Assembly: GCA_041891055.1 (NCBI GenBank) | Contig: CP169074.1 | Location: forward strand, 1,120,001 to 1,184,000 | Length of the DNA stretch: 64,000 nucleotides | From: Halorutilales archaeon Cl-col2-1 | GTDB lineage: Archaea; Halobacteriota; Halobacteria; Halobacteriales; Afararchaeaceae | Reading direction: 5' to 3' | In this document: positions 39,150-49,126 of the stretch, piece after piece | Numbering within the stretch: the first letter of the stretch is position 1 | Layout: the number at the start of each line of letters is the position of its first letter | The notes under the pieces: model-generated | Told to the model about the DNA's origin: nothing | What the model saw: only the letters and a program-made list of their open reading frames with translations | The model's database searches: none | Made by a program: the position numbers and the translations under genes

Positions 39150-39190
39150 ACTGCTTAGCTACAGATCCCGAGTATATAAACTCCCTCAAC

Positions 39191-39529
39191 CTAAAGAAGC
39201 CTCAGACCCCCTGTCACCCTGTCGACTTCGTCGTCGGCTGCGGGTCCGACTCCGAGTGCCGTCAGAGTTCCGGGCTCTATCTGAGTGTGTCCCGCGTCGC
39301 GTATGAGAGAAGTCGGAAGCCCCATCGACTCCGCCTCACGTTTGAGTTCGAGAAGATCAGACTCCGAGTCGGCTTCTAAGACGACCTTCTTCATCCCCGT
39401 CGACTTCCAGTCGGTCTGTGCGTCTTCCGACGCCTTCTCGTACGCCTGAAGTGAGGCATGGGCGACCTGTGACGCCGTCTTGCCGTCTCCCATTCCGAGG
39501 TCAGTCCTGACAACTATAGACTGTTTCAT
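39191..39529 (-). CDS. pth2: Peptidyl-tRNA hydrolase Pth2
   Basis: [50 protein letters not shown]; start at ATG 39529. Confidence 0.95.
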   Translation of the reverse strand: MKQSIVVRTDLGMGDGKTASQVAHASLQAYEKASEDAQTDWKSTGMKKVVLEADSESDLLELKREAESMGLPTSLIRDAGHTQIEPGTLTALGVGPAADDEVDRVTGGLRLL

Positions 39530-39536
39530 GGACTCT

Positions 39537-39989
39537 CTACGAGTCGGTCTCCAAGAAACCCTGTGGAACGTAGTCGGGACAGACCATCTCCTTCTCGACC
39601 CTCGTCTCGGCTTCGTGTTTTTCGCAGTAGACCTGTGTCTCGCCGTGGCGTTTCCGGAAGTCGACATGGGCGCAGTTGCCACAGTAATGCTGTCCCACCG
39701 AGTCGTACGCCTCGCCTTCGAGTCCGGTTTCGTCGAAGCTGACGAGTTCGACCTCGTCGCCGTCGTCCGACTTCTCGATCCGATCCTTCCTGACCGTGTG
39801 TTCACGTAACTCCTCTATCGAGTCTATGTCTCTCACGAGAACCTCGTCGAGTCCGGCGTACTCTATCTCACCGAGGTCTTCGGAGTCACCGTCCTCGTCG
39901 TCGTCTTCGGCACCCTCGTCTATGCGGTCCGACTTCCGTGTCTTCTCCCTGAGTTCGTCTACGTCTATCTCGTCGGGGTCGTCGGTCAT
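39537..39989 (-). CDS. Acidic hypothetical protein with C-terminal Cys cluster, coupled to parA
   Basis: CGNCAH...YCEKH...CPDY; ATGA overlap with parA. Confidence 0.7.
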   Translation of the reverse strand: MTDDPDEIDVDELREKTRKSDRIDEGAEDDDEDGDSEDLGEIEYAGLDEVLVRDIDSIEELREHTVRKDRIEKSDDGDEVELVSFDETGLEGEAYDSVGQHYCGNCAHVDFRKRHGETQVYCEKHEAETRVEKEMVCPDYVPQGFLETDS

Positions 39990-40903
39990 CGTGGCTCTGT
40001 CACCTCCTCAGCATCGACAGTCTCTGAGACATCGGCGTCGTCTAATCCCTCGTCTCTCAGCCGTCTCGCGAGCTCCTCGGCGTTTTCGAGGAAGGCTCTC
40101 CTAGCCCTCTTCGCGGTACGTGAAGGCTCTTCGAGACTGAAGACCGTCGAGCCGTCGTTGGCGGCGTTCCTTATGTCCTGGCTCTTGGGTATGTAAGACG
40201 GCGCTATCCTGTCGGGGTACTCGTCCTCGAACGCTTCGAGATACTCGTCTGCGAGTCGTGTCTGGCGGTTGACCTTATTAGGAACGACCATCTTGAGATC
40301 GACACCGACCTCGAAGCTGTCGTCTATCTTTGCGAGGTCGTTACGTAGAGCCGCCGCCTGGCTAGCCTCGAAGACCCCCATCTCGACGGGAGCCACGACG
40401 TTCTTCGCCGCCCAGAGACCGTTGTAAGAGACATTATTCGTTATTCCCGGAAGGTCTATCAGGACGAAGTCGTATCCTCGCGGGTCGATGTACGACGACA
40501 GAAACGAGTCGAAACGCGAGTACCTGTCGACTGGATCGTCTATGCTTCCGAGCTCTGTGTCGAGCGAGTCGAGTCCGGGATGTGCGGGGATTATGTCGGG
40601 ACCTTCCTCGGTCTCATATATCAGACCCTCGACAGCTTCGTCACCCAGCTTTCTCGCGATTATCTCCCACTCGTCCTGGAAGACTGTGCTTATGTTGGGC
40701 CAGTCGTCCTCGTTTTCGATACTCTCCTCGACCCTGTCCCAGAGACCGAAATGCTTGACGAGGTCGCCCTGCTTTCCCGCGAGGTCGATCAGGAGGACGT
40801 CGTGACCCTTCTCGGCGAGACCGACTCCCAAGTGAGCCGAGACTGTCGTCTTCCCCGTTCCCCCTTTGTCGAGAAACGTCGCAACACGGAGAGGTGTCTG
40901 CAT
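39986..40903 (-). CDS. ParA/MinD family ATPase
   Basis: KGGTGKTT deviant Walker A, LLIDLAGKQ, LIDLPG. Confidence 0.9.
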   Translation of the reverse strand: MQTPLRVATFLDKGGTGKTTVSAHLGVGLAEKGHDVLLIDLAGKQGDLVKHFGLWDRVEESIENEDDWPNISTVFQDEWEIIARKLGDEAVEGLIYETEEGPDIIPAHPGLDSLDTELGSIDDPVDRYSRFDSFLSSYIDPRGYDFVLIDLPGITNNVSYNGLWAAKNVVAPVEMGVFEASQAAALRNDLAKIDDSFEVGVDLKMVVPNKVNRQTRLADEYLEAFEDEYPDRIAPSYIPKSQDIRNAANDGSTVFSLEEPSRTAKRARRAFLENAEELARRLRDEGLDDADVSETVDAEEVTEPR

Positions 40904-40966
40904 ATCTCTTATCTTTACGTCGTCGCGTATAAGCCTTTGTCAGACGCCGACGCAGACCTAACAAGA

Positions 40967-41180
40967 GTCAACTACCCCACCCTACTTCGCTCACCCTGAC
41001 GGGTTCGTCACAAGATCTCCGATCTTGTTGGCTCGGAAATCGGAGATTTCCGAACACTCGTTGAGGGTGTCGTCAGAAGCGGAGCTTCTGACTGCTCGCA
41101 AATCTACGATTTGTGATGTCTCTGAGGGGACCTCAGAGGCTCGTGAACTTTCGTTCACGATGGGGCTTGTCGGTGGACTC
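40967..41180 (-). ncRNA. Putative TnpB omegaRNA/reRNA (sotRNA) scaffold
   Basis: Series of stem-loops overlapping the tnpB 3' end up to the element right end, where TnpB guide scaffolds are known to lie. Confidence 0.55.
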
Positions 41181-42401
41181 CGCCTCTGACTCCATAACAG
41201 AGTACGAGACAAATCCTCGATTCGGCTTCACAGTCCCCGACTTCAGGGCGAGTTGACTGTCGCCCGTCCGCCGTGAGTCATGTAGCCCACGACGGACAAA
41301 CCGCCATCCAACATTCTTCGCCGCGTTATAATCCGCATTCGCCGTCGCACCACACTTCTCACACTCGAAGAAATCTCGTTCCGTTCGGTTACCATCGCTC
41401 GTATGACCGCACTCGCAACACCGCTTCGACGTATTCTCAGGGTCAACGTACACGACCTCGATACCCAGTTCCTCAGCCTTGTACTCGACGTACTTGACGA
41501 GTTGGGCGTGCGCCCACTGGTGGAACTTACGCTTGCTCGGCATCGAGTCGCGGATGTGCGTCAAGTCCTCGAACGCGATGTGCGTACAGTCGTAGGCGAC
41601 TGCCTCCGCGAGCAACCGATTCGACACCCTGTGCAGGTAGTCACGGTTGTACCGTTCTTCGCGGTTATCCCGCTGGACGAGTGTGCGATGCGCGGACTCG
41701 GTGCCCGTTTCTTGGAGACCACCACGAACGCGCTCGAACTCGCGGTGTTCGTGCAAGAGTTCTTTCCCGGATTCGAAGTGGGCGGTGCTGGTGACAGCGA
41801 TGTTTTCGATGCCGAGGTCAACCCCGAGAACTGTCCTGTCCTCGGCGGGCGACTCGTCGGCATCGGGTTTCGGCTTACGGAAGCCGAGATGTAAATAGTA
41901 GTTGCCGTCACGCGCTGTCAGCGTCGATTCCGTCACTTCCCACTCGTCGCTGTCGAGGTATTGGTACTGGTAGCCGTCTTCGTCGTCGGGCAGTACCAAT
42001 TCGCACCGCACTCGACTGTCGGTGGTGGCGAGGGAGACGGTGTTGTCATCGAACAGGGTCATCGTGTTGGCGTCGTACTTCACCGTAGGCGTGGTGAACT
42101 CGGGTTTCGAGTAGTTGCGACCCTGTTGTTTGCGTTCATCGACACCTTTCAGGGCTTGTGCGGCTTGGAAGCACGCGAGGATGGCGTGTTGACTCCCGAG
42201 ACGAGTTTGGTCACGAACATCGTCGTATGCGAGTGACTGGAGTTTCCGCTTACGGGTTTCGTAGTGTTCCCAGCCGATGTCCGTGGCAATGTTCGCACCT
42301 GTGCGCCACTCGTCTATCGTGTCTTCGAGCAGGTCGGTCTGCTCAGGGGACACGGAGAGGCGCGTTATAGCGGTGCGTCTCAGGTAGTCGTCGTCCGACA
42401 C
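41133..42401 (-). CDS. tnpB: RNA-guided endonuclease TnpB
   Basis: RuvC GVDLG / AFEDL / NADYNAA intact; Zn ribbon CCECG..CEKCG. Confidence 0.95.
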   Translation of the reverse strand: MSDDDYLRRTAITRLSVSPEQTDLLEDTIDEWRTGANIATDIGWEHYETRKRKLQSLAYDDVRDQTRLGSQHAILACFQAAQALKGVDERKQQGRNYSKPEFTTPTVKYDANTMTLFDDNTVSLATTDSRVRCELVLPDDEDGYQYQYLDSDEWEVTESTLTARDGNYYLHLGFRKPKPDADESPAEDRTVLGVDLGIENIAVTSTAHFESGKELLHEHREFERVRGGLQETGTESAHRTLVQRDNREERYNRDYLHRVSNRLLAEAVAYDCTHIAFEDLTHIRDSMPSKRKFHQWAHAQLVKYVEYKAEELGIEVVYVDPENTSKRCCECGHTSDGNRTERDFFECEKCGATANADYNAAKNVGWRFVRRGLHDSRRTGDSQLALKSGTVKPNRGFVSYSVMESEAESTDKPHRERKFTSL

Positions 42402-42541
42402 ATGTTCAAAGAATGTCTGTGGTTACTTAATAGTTGGTGTCTGACTGGTGTGTGAGTGACGCGCTCCTCCGCTCGTTCCTTGAGGATGGGGACTCCGCGC
42501 TACCGCACAGTTGAATACGTTAGAAATCCAACTCTTCGGCA

Positions 42542-43636
42542 ATGTACGACCTCGTCGTAGTCGGAGGAGGACCCGCGGGTTCAAGGCTCGCTCGTAAGAC
42601 CGCCGAGAGGGATCTAGACGTCGTACTTCTCGAAAAGGGAGAGGTGGGTCTGCCTCTCGCTTGTTCGGGTCATCTCTCCGGCGAGATCTGGGACTTTCTC
42701 CCCGAGTCGGCGCGGTCGCTCGTCGAGAACGAGATACGTGGCGCTCGGTTCCACGTCGGCGACTCAACCTACACCTTCTACTCCGACTCGACAGTCTCTT
42801 ACGCCTTAGACAGGGTCGAAATGGACAGGATACTAGCACGCGAGGCGGAGAAAGCGGGCGCGACAGTTCTGGAGAGACACGAGGCTACGAGTCTGAGCGT
42901 TGACACCTCGACAGTCGAGGTCTCTACCCACGACGACGTCTTCGAGTCACGTCTCGTCGCAGGATGTGACGGACCCTTCTCGACAGTCAGGGAGTCGCTT
43001 GGATTCGACGACCCCGGCGAGATACTCCATGGCTTTCTCGGCTTCTCCGACGAGGACGGCACTGGCGACTTCGTCGACGTCTACCTCGATGTCCCGGGTT
43101 TCTTCGGATGGCGAATACCCAGAGGTGACTCGGTCGAGTACGGCGCGGCGTCGCGCTCCCACGTGCGTGAGAAGTTCGAGACGTACGTTTCTCCCAACGC
43201 CGATCTCAGAGACGTGTGTGGCGGAGGAATACCACTCGTCCCGCCGTCTGAGACTGCAGATTCCGAGAGACGCGCCTTTCTGGTAGGTGACGCCGCCGCA
43301 CAGGTCAAGCCCTTCACGGGGGGCGGTATAATCTACGGTATGACCGCCGCCGACATAGCCGCCGAGGTGATCGATCCCCGAAAACCCGGGACTCTCGCCG
43401 AGTATGAGACACAGTGGAGGGACACACTCGGGCGCGAGATTCTTCTCGGCAGACTCATAAGGAGGTTCTACGAGCTTCCTCCCTCCGTGCAGAAGACGGT
43501 TCTGGGTGTCTTCGAGGGCGAGATATACGTCGACATGGACCGTCCGACGTCTCTCTTCAACAGACGAACCGCGAAACGCGTCCTGGGAAATCTCACGGGT
43601 CGAGTAGCAAACTTTGATAATCCATCGACTCAATAA
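42542..43636 (+). CDS. Geranylgeranyl reductase family flavoprotein
   Basis: VGGGPAG, LACSG, GCDG, VGDAAAQVKPFTGGGI. Confidence 0.9.
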   Translation: MYDLVVVGGGPAGSRLARKTAERDLDVVLLEKGEVGLPLACSGHLSGEIWDFLPESARSLVENEIRGARFHVGDSTYTFYSDSTVSYALDRVEMDRILAREAEKAGATVLERHEATSLSVDTSTVEVSTHDDVFESRLVAGCDGPFSTVRESLGFDDPGEILHGFLGFSDEDGTGDFVDVYLDVPGFFGWRIPRGDSVEYGAASRSHVREKFETYVSPNADLRDVCGGGIPLVPPSETADSERRAFLVGDAAAQVKPFTGGGIIYGMTAADIAAEVIDPRKPGTLAEYETQWRDTLGREILLGRLIRRFYELPPSVQKTVLGVFEGEIYVDMDRPTSLFNRRTAKRVLGNLTGRVANFDNPSTQ

Positions 43637-43642
43637 CCGGAT

Positions 43643-43870
43643 ATGGTAAAAGCATACGTTCTGATAGAGTGTGAGACGGGATCGATACAGTCGATAGTCG
43701 ACGACATACGTGGAATAGACGCAGTGACTGACTCGACCGCAGTCACGGGTGAGTACGACATAATTACGGAGCTAGAGGTCGATCAGGTCGATCAGATACT
43801 CAAGACTGTCGCGGGACGCATACACGAGCTTCCGGGAGTTGAGGACACGACGACGTGTATATCGACGTAA
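43643..43870 (+). CDS. Lrp/AsnC ligand-binding-domain protein
   Basis: AYVLIE...VTGEYDII...GVEDTTTC. Confidence 0.85.
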   Translation: MVKAYVLIECETGSIQSIVDDIRGIDAVTDSTAVTGEYDIITELEVDQVDQILKTVAGRIHELPGVEDTTTCIST

Positions 43871-43924
43871 AGACATAGACACAGAACAGACGGACAGCTC
43901 AGACGAGACCAGACCGATCAAAAC

Positions 43925-45028
43925 GTGAGCACCTCAGAGACCGAAGTCGAAGACGACACCGACGAGGCGGAGGTGGACGTCGATACCGAGACCGAAGACA
44001 GCCCTGAGATCGACGTAACACAACTCCTCGACGTCCTCAGGACGGGTAGCTCTCTCGCTGTCGTCTGTCACGACAATCCTGATCCCGACTGCATAGCGAG
44101 CGCCCTCAGTCTTCGGAGGATAGCCGAGGAGGAAGACCTCGATGTCGTCGAGATACTCTACGGCGGTGACATCTCTCACCAGCAGAACCGCGCCTTCGTC
44201 AACCTCCTAGAGATAGAGATGCAGCATCTCTCGGAGTCGGACGTCGACGCATACGACCTCGTCGCCTTCGTCGATCACTCAGTTCCGGGAGCCAACAACT
44301 CGGTCTCTGATGAGATCGAGGTCGACGTAGTCATAGACCACCATCCCCTCGACGACGAGGTCGAAGCGAGGTTCGTAGACAGGAGAACCGAGTATGGCGC
44401 GACGACGACTATACTAGTCGAGTACCTCCGTGAGCTCGGGATAGAGCCTGACACCGATCTCGCGACGGCTCTTCTCTTTGCGATAAGGAGAGAGACACTC
44501 GACTTCCTGCGCGACACGACCCCGAACGAGTATAACGCCGCGCGTTATCTCCATCCCCTCGCCGACAAGAGTATGCTGAGAGAGATGGTACAGCCCGCTT
44601 TCACGCCCGCGACCCTCGACACGATAGGCGAGGCGATACGTAACCGCGAGGTTCGGGCATCGGCTCTAATCTCGGGGGTCGGACGTACGACCGAGAGGGA
44701 CGCTCTTCCTCAGTGTGCCGACTACCTCATGAATCTCGAAGGCGTCGCCACTGTCGTCGTCTTCGGAATCGTCAACGACGACATACATATAAGTGCGAGG
44801 TCGAACGACTCACGCATAAATCTCGACGACGTGATGAGGGAGGCTTTCGGTGACGTCGGAAGCGCGGGAGGACACCACGACATGGCTGGCGCGCAGATAC
44901 CCCTCGGAATCTTCTCGGGTCTCGCAGACTCGGACGAGTACGTCGACCTCGCGTCGGAGATAATCGAGAGACGTTTCTTCGAGGCTATGAACCTGTCTGC
45001 GTCGAACTCGAACGGAAACGGGGAGTGA
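43925..45028 (+). CDS. DHH family phosphoesterase
   Basis: HDNPDPD, FVDH, IDHHP, SARS, AGGHHDMAG. Confidence 0.92.
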   Translation: MSTSETEVEDDTDEAEVDVDTETEDSPEIDVTQLLDVLRTGSSLAVVCHDNPDPDCIASALSLRRIAEEEDLDVVEILYGGDISHQQNRAFVNLLEIEMQHLSESDVDAYDLVAFVDHSVPGANNSVSDEIEVDVVIDHHPLDDEVEARFVDRRTEYGATTTILVEYLRELGIEPDTDLATALLFAIRRETLDFLRDTTPNEYNAARYLHPLADKSMLREMVQPAFTPATLDTIGEAIRNREVRASALISGVGRTTERDALPQCADYLMNLEGVATVVVFGIVNDDIHISARSNDSRINLDDVMREAFGDVGSAGGHHDMAGAQIPLGIFSGLADSDEYVDLASEIIERRFFEAMNLSASNSNGNGE

Positions 45029-45627
45029 TGAAAGAGGGGATACGTGTCCTCGGGGTCGCAGAGAGCTATACCTCGGGGTCGGACGAGTCGGTTCTCGGAG
45101 GCGTCGTAATGAGGGGCGACGGACGTCTCGACGGCTTTGTCTTTGGCTCTTCTACAGTGGGGGGAACAGATGTCACCGACTCTGTGATAGGGATGTACGA
45201 CAGACTCGACAGGGACGACATACACGCCGTGATGGTGGGCGGAATCGCCGTCTCGTGGTACAACGTCGTCGACCTGAGACGTATAGAGGACGAGACGGGA
45301 GTTCCAGCTCTGAGCGTGAGCTTCGAGGAGGGCGGCGACCTCACCGACTCCATCCGTGACGAGTTCGAGGGCGAGGAAGCCGACGAGAGGATCGAGGTCT
45401 ACGAGAGACAGCCTGATAGACGGCGGGTAGAGGTCGATACGGAGAACGCGACGACAGACGTCTTCGTGAGATCGGTAGGTATAGACGAGGAGAAAGCAGA
45501 CTCGGTAGTAAGGATGTTGACGACACACGGGAAGAGACCCGAGCCCGTCAGGATAGGACGTCTCGTGGCGCGCGCAGCCGATGCCTGGGAAGGAACGGAC
45601 GGAGACAGGGAGACGGAGGAGGGATGA
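45028..45627 (+). CDS. DUF99 family (endonuclease V-like) protein
   Basis: RVLGVAES, VGGTDVT, SWYNVVD, RPEPVRIGRL. Confidence 0.85.
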   Translation: MKEGIRVLGVAESYTSGSDESVLGGVVMRGDGRLDGFVFGSSTVGGTDVTDSVIGMYDRLDRDDIHAVMVGGIAVSWYNVVDLRRIEDETGVPALSVSFEEGGDLTDSIRDEFEGEEADERIEVYERQPDRRRVEVDTENATTDVFVRSVGIDEEKADSVVRMLTTHGKRPEPVRIGRLVARAADAWEGTDGDRETEEG

Positions 45628-45628
45628 C

Positions 45629-46183
45629 ATGAGCCACGAGTACACTGTCGAGAACTGTGAGAGATGTGACGCACTCGTCGAGTCACGTTCACGTATAGTC
45701 GACGGCGTCGGAGCCGGAGAGTCTGGAGTCGTCTTCGTGGGTGAGGCTCCAGGTAAGCAGGAGGACGAGGAGGGCGAGCCCTTCGTAGGCAGGAGCGGCG
45801 AGATACTCACCCGGAAGCTCGAAGATCTGGGGGTCGAACGCGACGAGGTACGTATAACCAACACCGTGAGATGCAGACCACCCGACAACCGTGACCCATA
45901 CGTCTCGGAGATCGAGAACTGTTCGGAGTACCTCGACGACGAGATACGGTTCTACGACCCCGACGTGATCTGTAGCCTCGGACGTGTCCCTACTTCGAGA
46001 CTCGTCGGCGAGAACGTGACTATGAGAGACGTGATAGGATCGTCCATGGAGACAGAGATCGGCGGCGAGACCTACACGCTCGTGCCGTGTTACCATCCAG
46101 CGGCTATGCTCTACGACTCGTCAAAGGAAGAAGACATAGACGAGACTCTCGAAGTCGTCTTGTCTCTCGCCCGAAGCGATTAA
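45629..46183 (+). CDS. udg: Family 4 uracil-DNA glycosylase
   Basis: C..C, GEAPG..ED..G.PFVG, TNTVRCRPP, YHPAA; start at ATG 45629. Confidence 0.93.
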   Translation: MSHEYTVENCERCDALVESRSRIVDGVGAGESGVVFVGEAPGKQEDEEGEPFVGRSGEILTRKLEDLGVERDEVRITNTVRCRPPDNRDPYVSEIENCSEYLDDEIRFYDPDVICSLGRVPTSRLVGENVTMRDVIGSSMETEIGGETYTLVPCYHPAAMLYDSSKEEDIDETLEVVLSLARSD

Positions 46184-46219
46184 TAACTCTTTTTATGTGA
46201 AAAGTCCTTAATTAATAAC

Positions 46220-46630
46220 ATGCCCGTCGTCAGCATCTCGGTTCCCGACAAGCTCCTCGACCGGATAGACAGCTTCGTCGACGAACACGGCTACTCGGGG
46301 AGAAGCGAGTTCATCCGGAACGCCTCACGTGAACTCATAGGCGAGTTCGAGGACGCGAGCTTAGAGGGACGTCATCTCATAGGTACGATAACCGTAGTCT
46401 TCGACTTCGACAACTCCGAAGTCGAGAACAAGATGATAGAGCTCAGACATGACTTCGAGGACGTCGTCAAGAGCAACGTACACTCACACGTCGGCGAGAG
46501 CTACTGCATGGAGGTCTTTGTCCTCGAAGGCGACTTAGACGAGATAAAGGGATTCGTGGGACAGGTCAGGTCAACCTCCGACGTAATCGATGTCAACTAC
46601 ACCGTACATCCGATAGACGAGCTACTCTAG
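46220..46630 (+). CDS. NikR/CopG ribbon-helix-helix regulator
   Basis: [17 protein letters not shown]; [11 protein letters not shown] metal site. Confidence 0.88.
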   Translation: MPVVSISVPDKLLDRIDSFVDEHGYSGRSEFIRNASRELIGEFEDASLEGRHLIGTITVVFDFDNSEVENKMIELRHDFEDVVKSNVHSHVGESYCMEVFVLEGDLDEIKGFVGQVRSTSDVIDVNYTVHPIDELL

Positions 46631-47412
46631 CGGTACTCGTTGAGCGAGTCACGCAGGTCACGCGCGGCTTTCCGAGCCTCGTCGTCGAATCTCTCCTCGT
46701 CTTCCTCACCCGCGTAGATGATCGAACGCGTCGAGTTGACGACTCCAACGCCTTCGGGGCTGAGACCGTGTTCTACTGCCGCTCTAACGCTCCCGCCCTG
46801 TGCTCCGACCCCCGGCACGAGGAAAGGAAGATCGTCGGCGTGTCGCCTGACTTCCTCCATAGTCTCGGGATAGGTCGCTCCGACGACGAGTCCAATATTC
46901 GAGTTTAGATCCCAGTCGGCGCATCTCTCTGCGACCTCGGCGTAGAGGGGCTTTCCGCCACAGTCGATGTCCTGGAAGTCACTGCTTCCGTCGTTTGTCG
47001 TCTTACACAGGACGAAGACGCCCTTCTCGGGACGTTCGATGAAGGGCTCTATGGAGTCGTGTCCCATGTACGGACTCACTGTTATAGCGTCGGCGAAGTC
47101 GAGTAGATCGGCGTACCTGCTGGAGGAGTTACCTATGTCACCTCTCTTGGCGTCAAGCACGACTTCTGCGTCAGTCTCCTCGTGGACGTACTCGGCTGTC
47201 TGTCTGAGCACGTCCCAGTCGTCGGTAGCCTCGTAGAAGGCGGAGTTGGGCTTGTAGGCGACAGCGACGTCGCTCGTGGCGTCGATTATACGTCTGTTGA
47301 ACTCTAAGACCGAGAGGTCGCCGGGTATCCTATCCCTCACGGGGTCGAGTCCGACACAGACGACGCTGTCTTTCTCCTCGATGCCGTCGGCGAGTCTGTC
47401 GAAGAAGTTCAC
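46627..47412 (-). CDS. pyrF: Orotidine-5'-phosphate decarboxylase
   Basis: [31 protein letters not shown]. Confidence 0.95.
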   Translation of the reverse strand: MNFFDRLADGIEEKDSVVCVGLDPVRDRIPGDLSVLEFNRRIIDATSDVAVAYKPNSAFYEATDDWDVLRQTAEYVHEETDAEVVLDAKRGDIGNSSSRYADLLDFADAITVSPYMGHDSIEPFIERPEKGVFVLCKTTNDGSSDFQDIDCGGKPLYAEVAERCADWDLNSNIGLVVGATYPETMEEVRRHADDLPFLVPGVGAQGGSVRAAVEHGLSPEGVGVVNSTRSIIYAGEEDEERFDDEARKAARDLRDSLNEYR

Positions 47413-48677
47413 GCGAACTCCTCCAGAGGAACCTGCTTCTGGTCACCCGTCTCCATCTCCTTGACGGTCACAACGCCTTCGGAGAGGTCGCGTTCTCCGA
47501 CGATGACTGTCTTCTCTGCGTTTATAGAGTCGGCGTACTCAAGCTGTCCCGAGAAGCCGCGGTTCGAGAGATCGATCTCGACGACGTTGTCCTCGGCTCT
47601 TAGAGACTGTGCGACCTCGACCGCAGTCTGCCTGACGTCTCCTATCACGGCGACGTAGTAGTCAGTATGTATCCTCTCGTCGGGCCAGACTCCCGCTCTC
47701 TTCATGAGGAGTTCGAGTGTGGCGTCGCCCGGTGCGAATCCGACCGCCGGGGTCGGCTGTCCTCCGAAGGTCTCAACGAGGTCGTCGTAACGTCCACCGC
47801 CGAATATCGAACGCAGGTCGCCCTCTGTGTCGAAACACTCGAAGACGGCTCCCGTGTAGTAGTCGAGTCCCCTGACTATACGTGGGTCGAACTCGACGTC
47901 GACTCCGTAGTCCGCGAGACGGTCGTGTATAGCCCTGAGATTCTCGATCCCCTCACGTGTCTTCTGCCTCTCAGATATATCAAGAACCTCTTCGAGACTG
48001 TCGAAGCCACGTATCTGGGTTAGCGAGACTACGGTCGAGGTCTGTTCGTCGTCGAGTACCTCCCGCAGACGTGCCCTGAGTTCGTCGGCTTCGAGCTTCT
48101 CTGTCTTGTCGACAGTCCTGTAGACGTGCTGGGCGTCCTCCGAGGGGAGGTCGAATCCCTCGACTATCCCCTGGAGTATCTTCCTGTGGCTCATACGCAG
48201 GACGAAGTCGTCGTCGAGACCCAACGACCTCAGCATGTCGTCGGCGAGTGAGACTATCTCGGCGTCAGCCTCGGGAGTCTCGCCGCCGAATATGTCGAAG
48301 TTGGGCTGGTAGAACTCACGTAGACGTCCCGACTGTGGCTGTTCGTACCTCCAGAGCTTGGGCACCGAGTACCACTTGAGAGGCTTCGAGAACTCCTGCT
48401 GTTTCGCGACAAAGATACGGACGACACTCGGTGTTAGCTCGGGGGCCATAGTGACCTGTCGTCCGCCCTTGTCCTCGAAAGAGTAGGTCTCGTCGACTAT
48501 CTCCTCGCCGCTCTTTATCTCGTAGAGTTCGAGAGGTTCGAGCGACGGCGTCGCGATCTCACGGAATCCGTAGGACCGTGCCGTCTCCTCCACCGTGTCG
48601 AATACCTCACGACGTGCCGCCATCTCGTCGGGATAGAAGTCCCTGAACCCCTTGAGGCTCTCAAGGTCTCTGTCCAT
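47409..48677 (-). CDS. hisS: Histidine--tRNA ligase
   Basis: KGFRDF, RYEQPQSGRLREF, RGLDYYTG, GGGRYD. Confidence 0.97.
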   Translation of the reverse strand: MDRDLESLKGFRDFYPDEMAARREVFDTVEETARSYGFREIATPSLEPLELYEIKSGEEIVDETYSFEDKGGRQVTMAPELTPSVVRIFVAKQQEFSKPLKWYSVPKLWRYEQPQSGRLREFYQPNFDIFGGETPEADAEIVSLADDMLRSLGLDDDFVLRMSHRKILQGIVEGFDLPSEDAQHVYRTVDKTEKLEADELRARLREVLDDEQTSTVVSLTQIRGFDSLEEVLDISERQKTREGIENLRAIHDRLADYGVDVEFDPRIVRGLDYYTGAVFECFDTEGDLRSIFGGGRYDDLVETFGGQPTPAVGFAPGDATLELLMKRAGVWPDERIHTDYYVAVIGDVRQTAVEVAQSLRAEDNVVEIDLSNRGFSGQLEYADSINAEKTVIVGERDLSEGVVTVKEMETGDQKQVPLEEFA

Positions 48678-48722
48678 GTGACGAGTAGAGGAAGGAGAGG
48701 TTTAAATTAAACTAAAGAGTAC

Positions 48723-49055
48723 TTACCTTCTCTTTATGTTGTAGTCGTTGCCCGAGGGCTGAAGCTCACGCAGGAGATCCTTCATCTGGTCGTCGTCTAT
48801 GGTGTCCTGTATCCTTCCGCTCTTTGCGAGTGCGACTATCTGCTGTTCGACCGACTCCGCGAACTCCGGCTTCGACATACGGAGCGTGTTGAGCCTCTCG
48901 CGCGCCTCGGCTGTCAGGGTCTGTTTCAGGAGAGCCTTCTTCTGAGCCTCTGCCTTCTTACGTGCCTCCTCACGTTCCTGTGACTGTCCCTCTCCCTGCT
49001 GTTCCTTGAGATTCTTTAGCTTCTCCTCACGTAGGTCGTCGATGTCGTCAGTCAT
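48723..49055 (-). CDS. PDCD5/TFAR19-like DNA-binding protein
   Basis: [26 protein letters not shown]. Confidence 0.9.
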   Translation of the reverse strand: MTDDIDDLREEKLKNLKEQQGEGQSQEREEARKKAEAQKKALLKQTLTAEARERLNTLRMSKPEFAESVEQQIVALAKSGRIQDTIDDDQMKDLLRELQPSGNDYNIKRR

Positions 49056-49126
49056 GTTAAAATGTAGTTCCTGAGAGCTTAAAACTCTTCAGACTGTCCT
49101 GGACGTGTTATATCCTGCCATAATTT

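Larger units (their letters stand above)
40967..42505 (-). mobile_element. IS200/IS605-family (IS1341-type, tnpB-only) element; ends approximate
   Basis: tnpB plus hairpin-rich 3' flank ending ...GGGGTAGTTGAC on the minus strand and a structured 5' flank; codon usage differs from host; no tnpA. Confidence 0.75.

Noticed and set aside
39530-39805. Apparent 92-aa N-terminal extension of Pth2
   Set aside because: Alternate-frame read-through of the upstream gene; Pth2 homology starts at MKQ (39529)
42402-42540. tnpA transposase upstream of tnpB
   Set aside because: Only about 140 bp is available and there is no HUH/Y1 ORF; the element is non-autonomous
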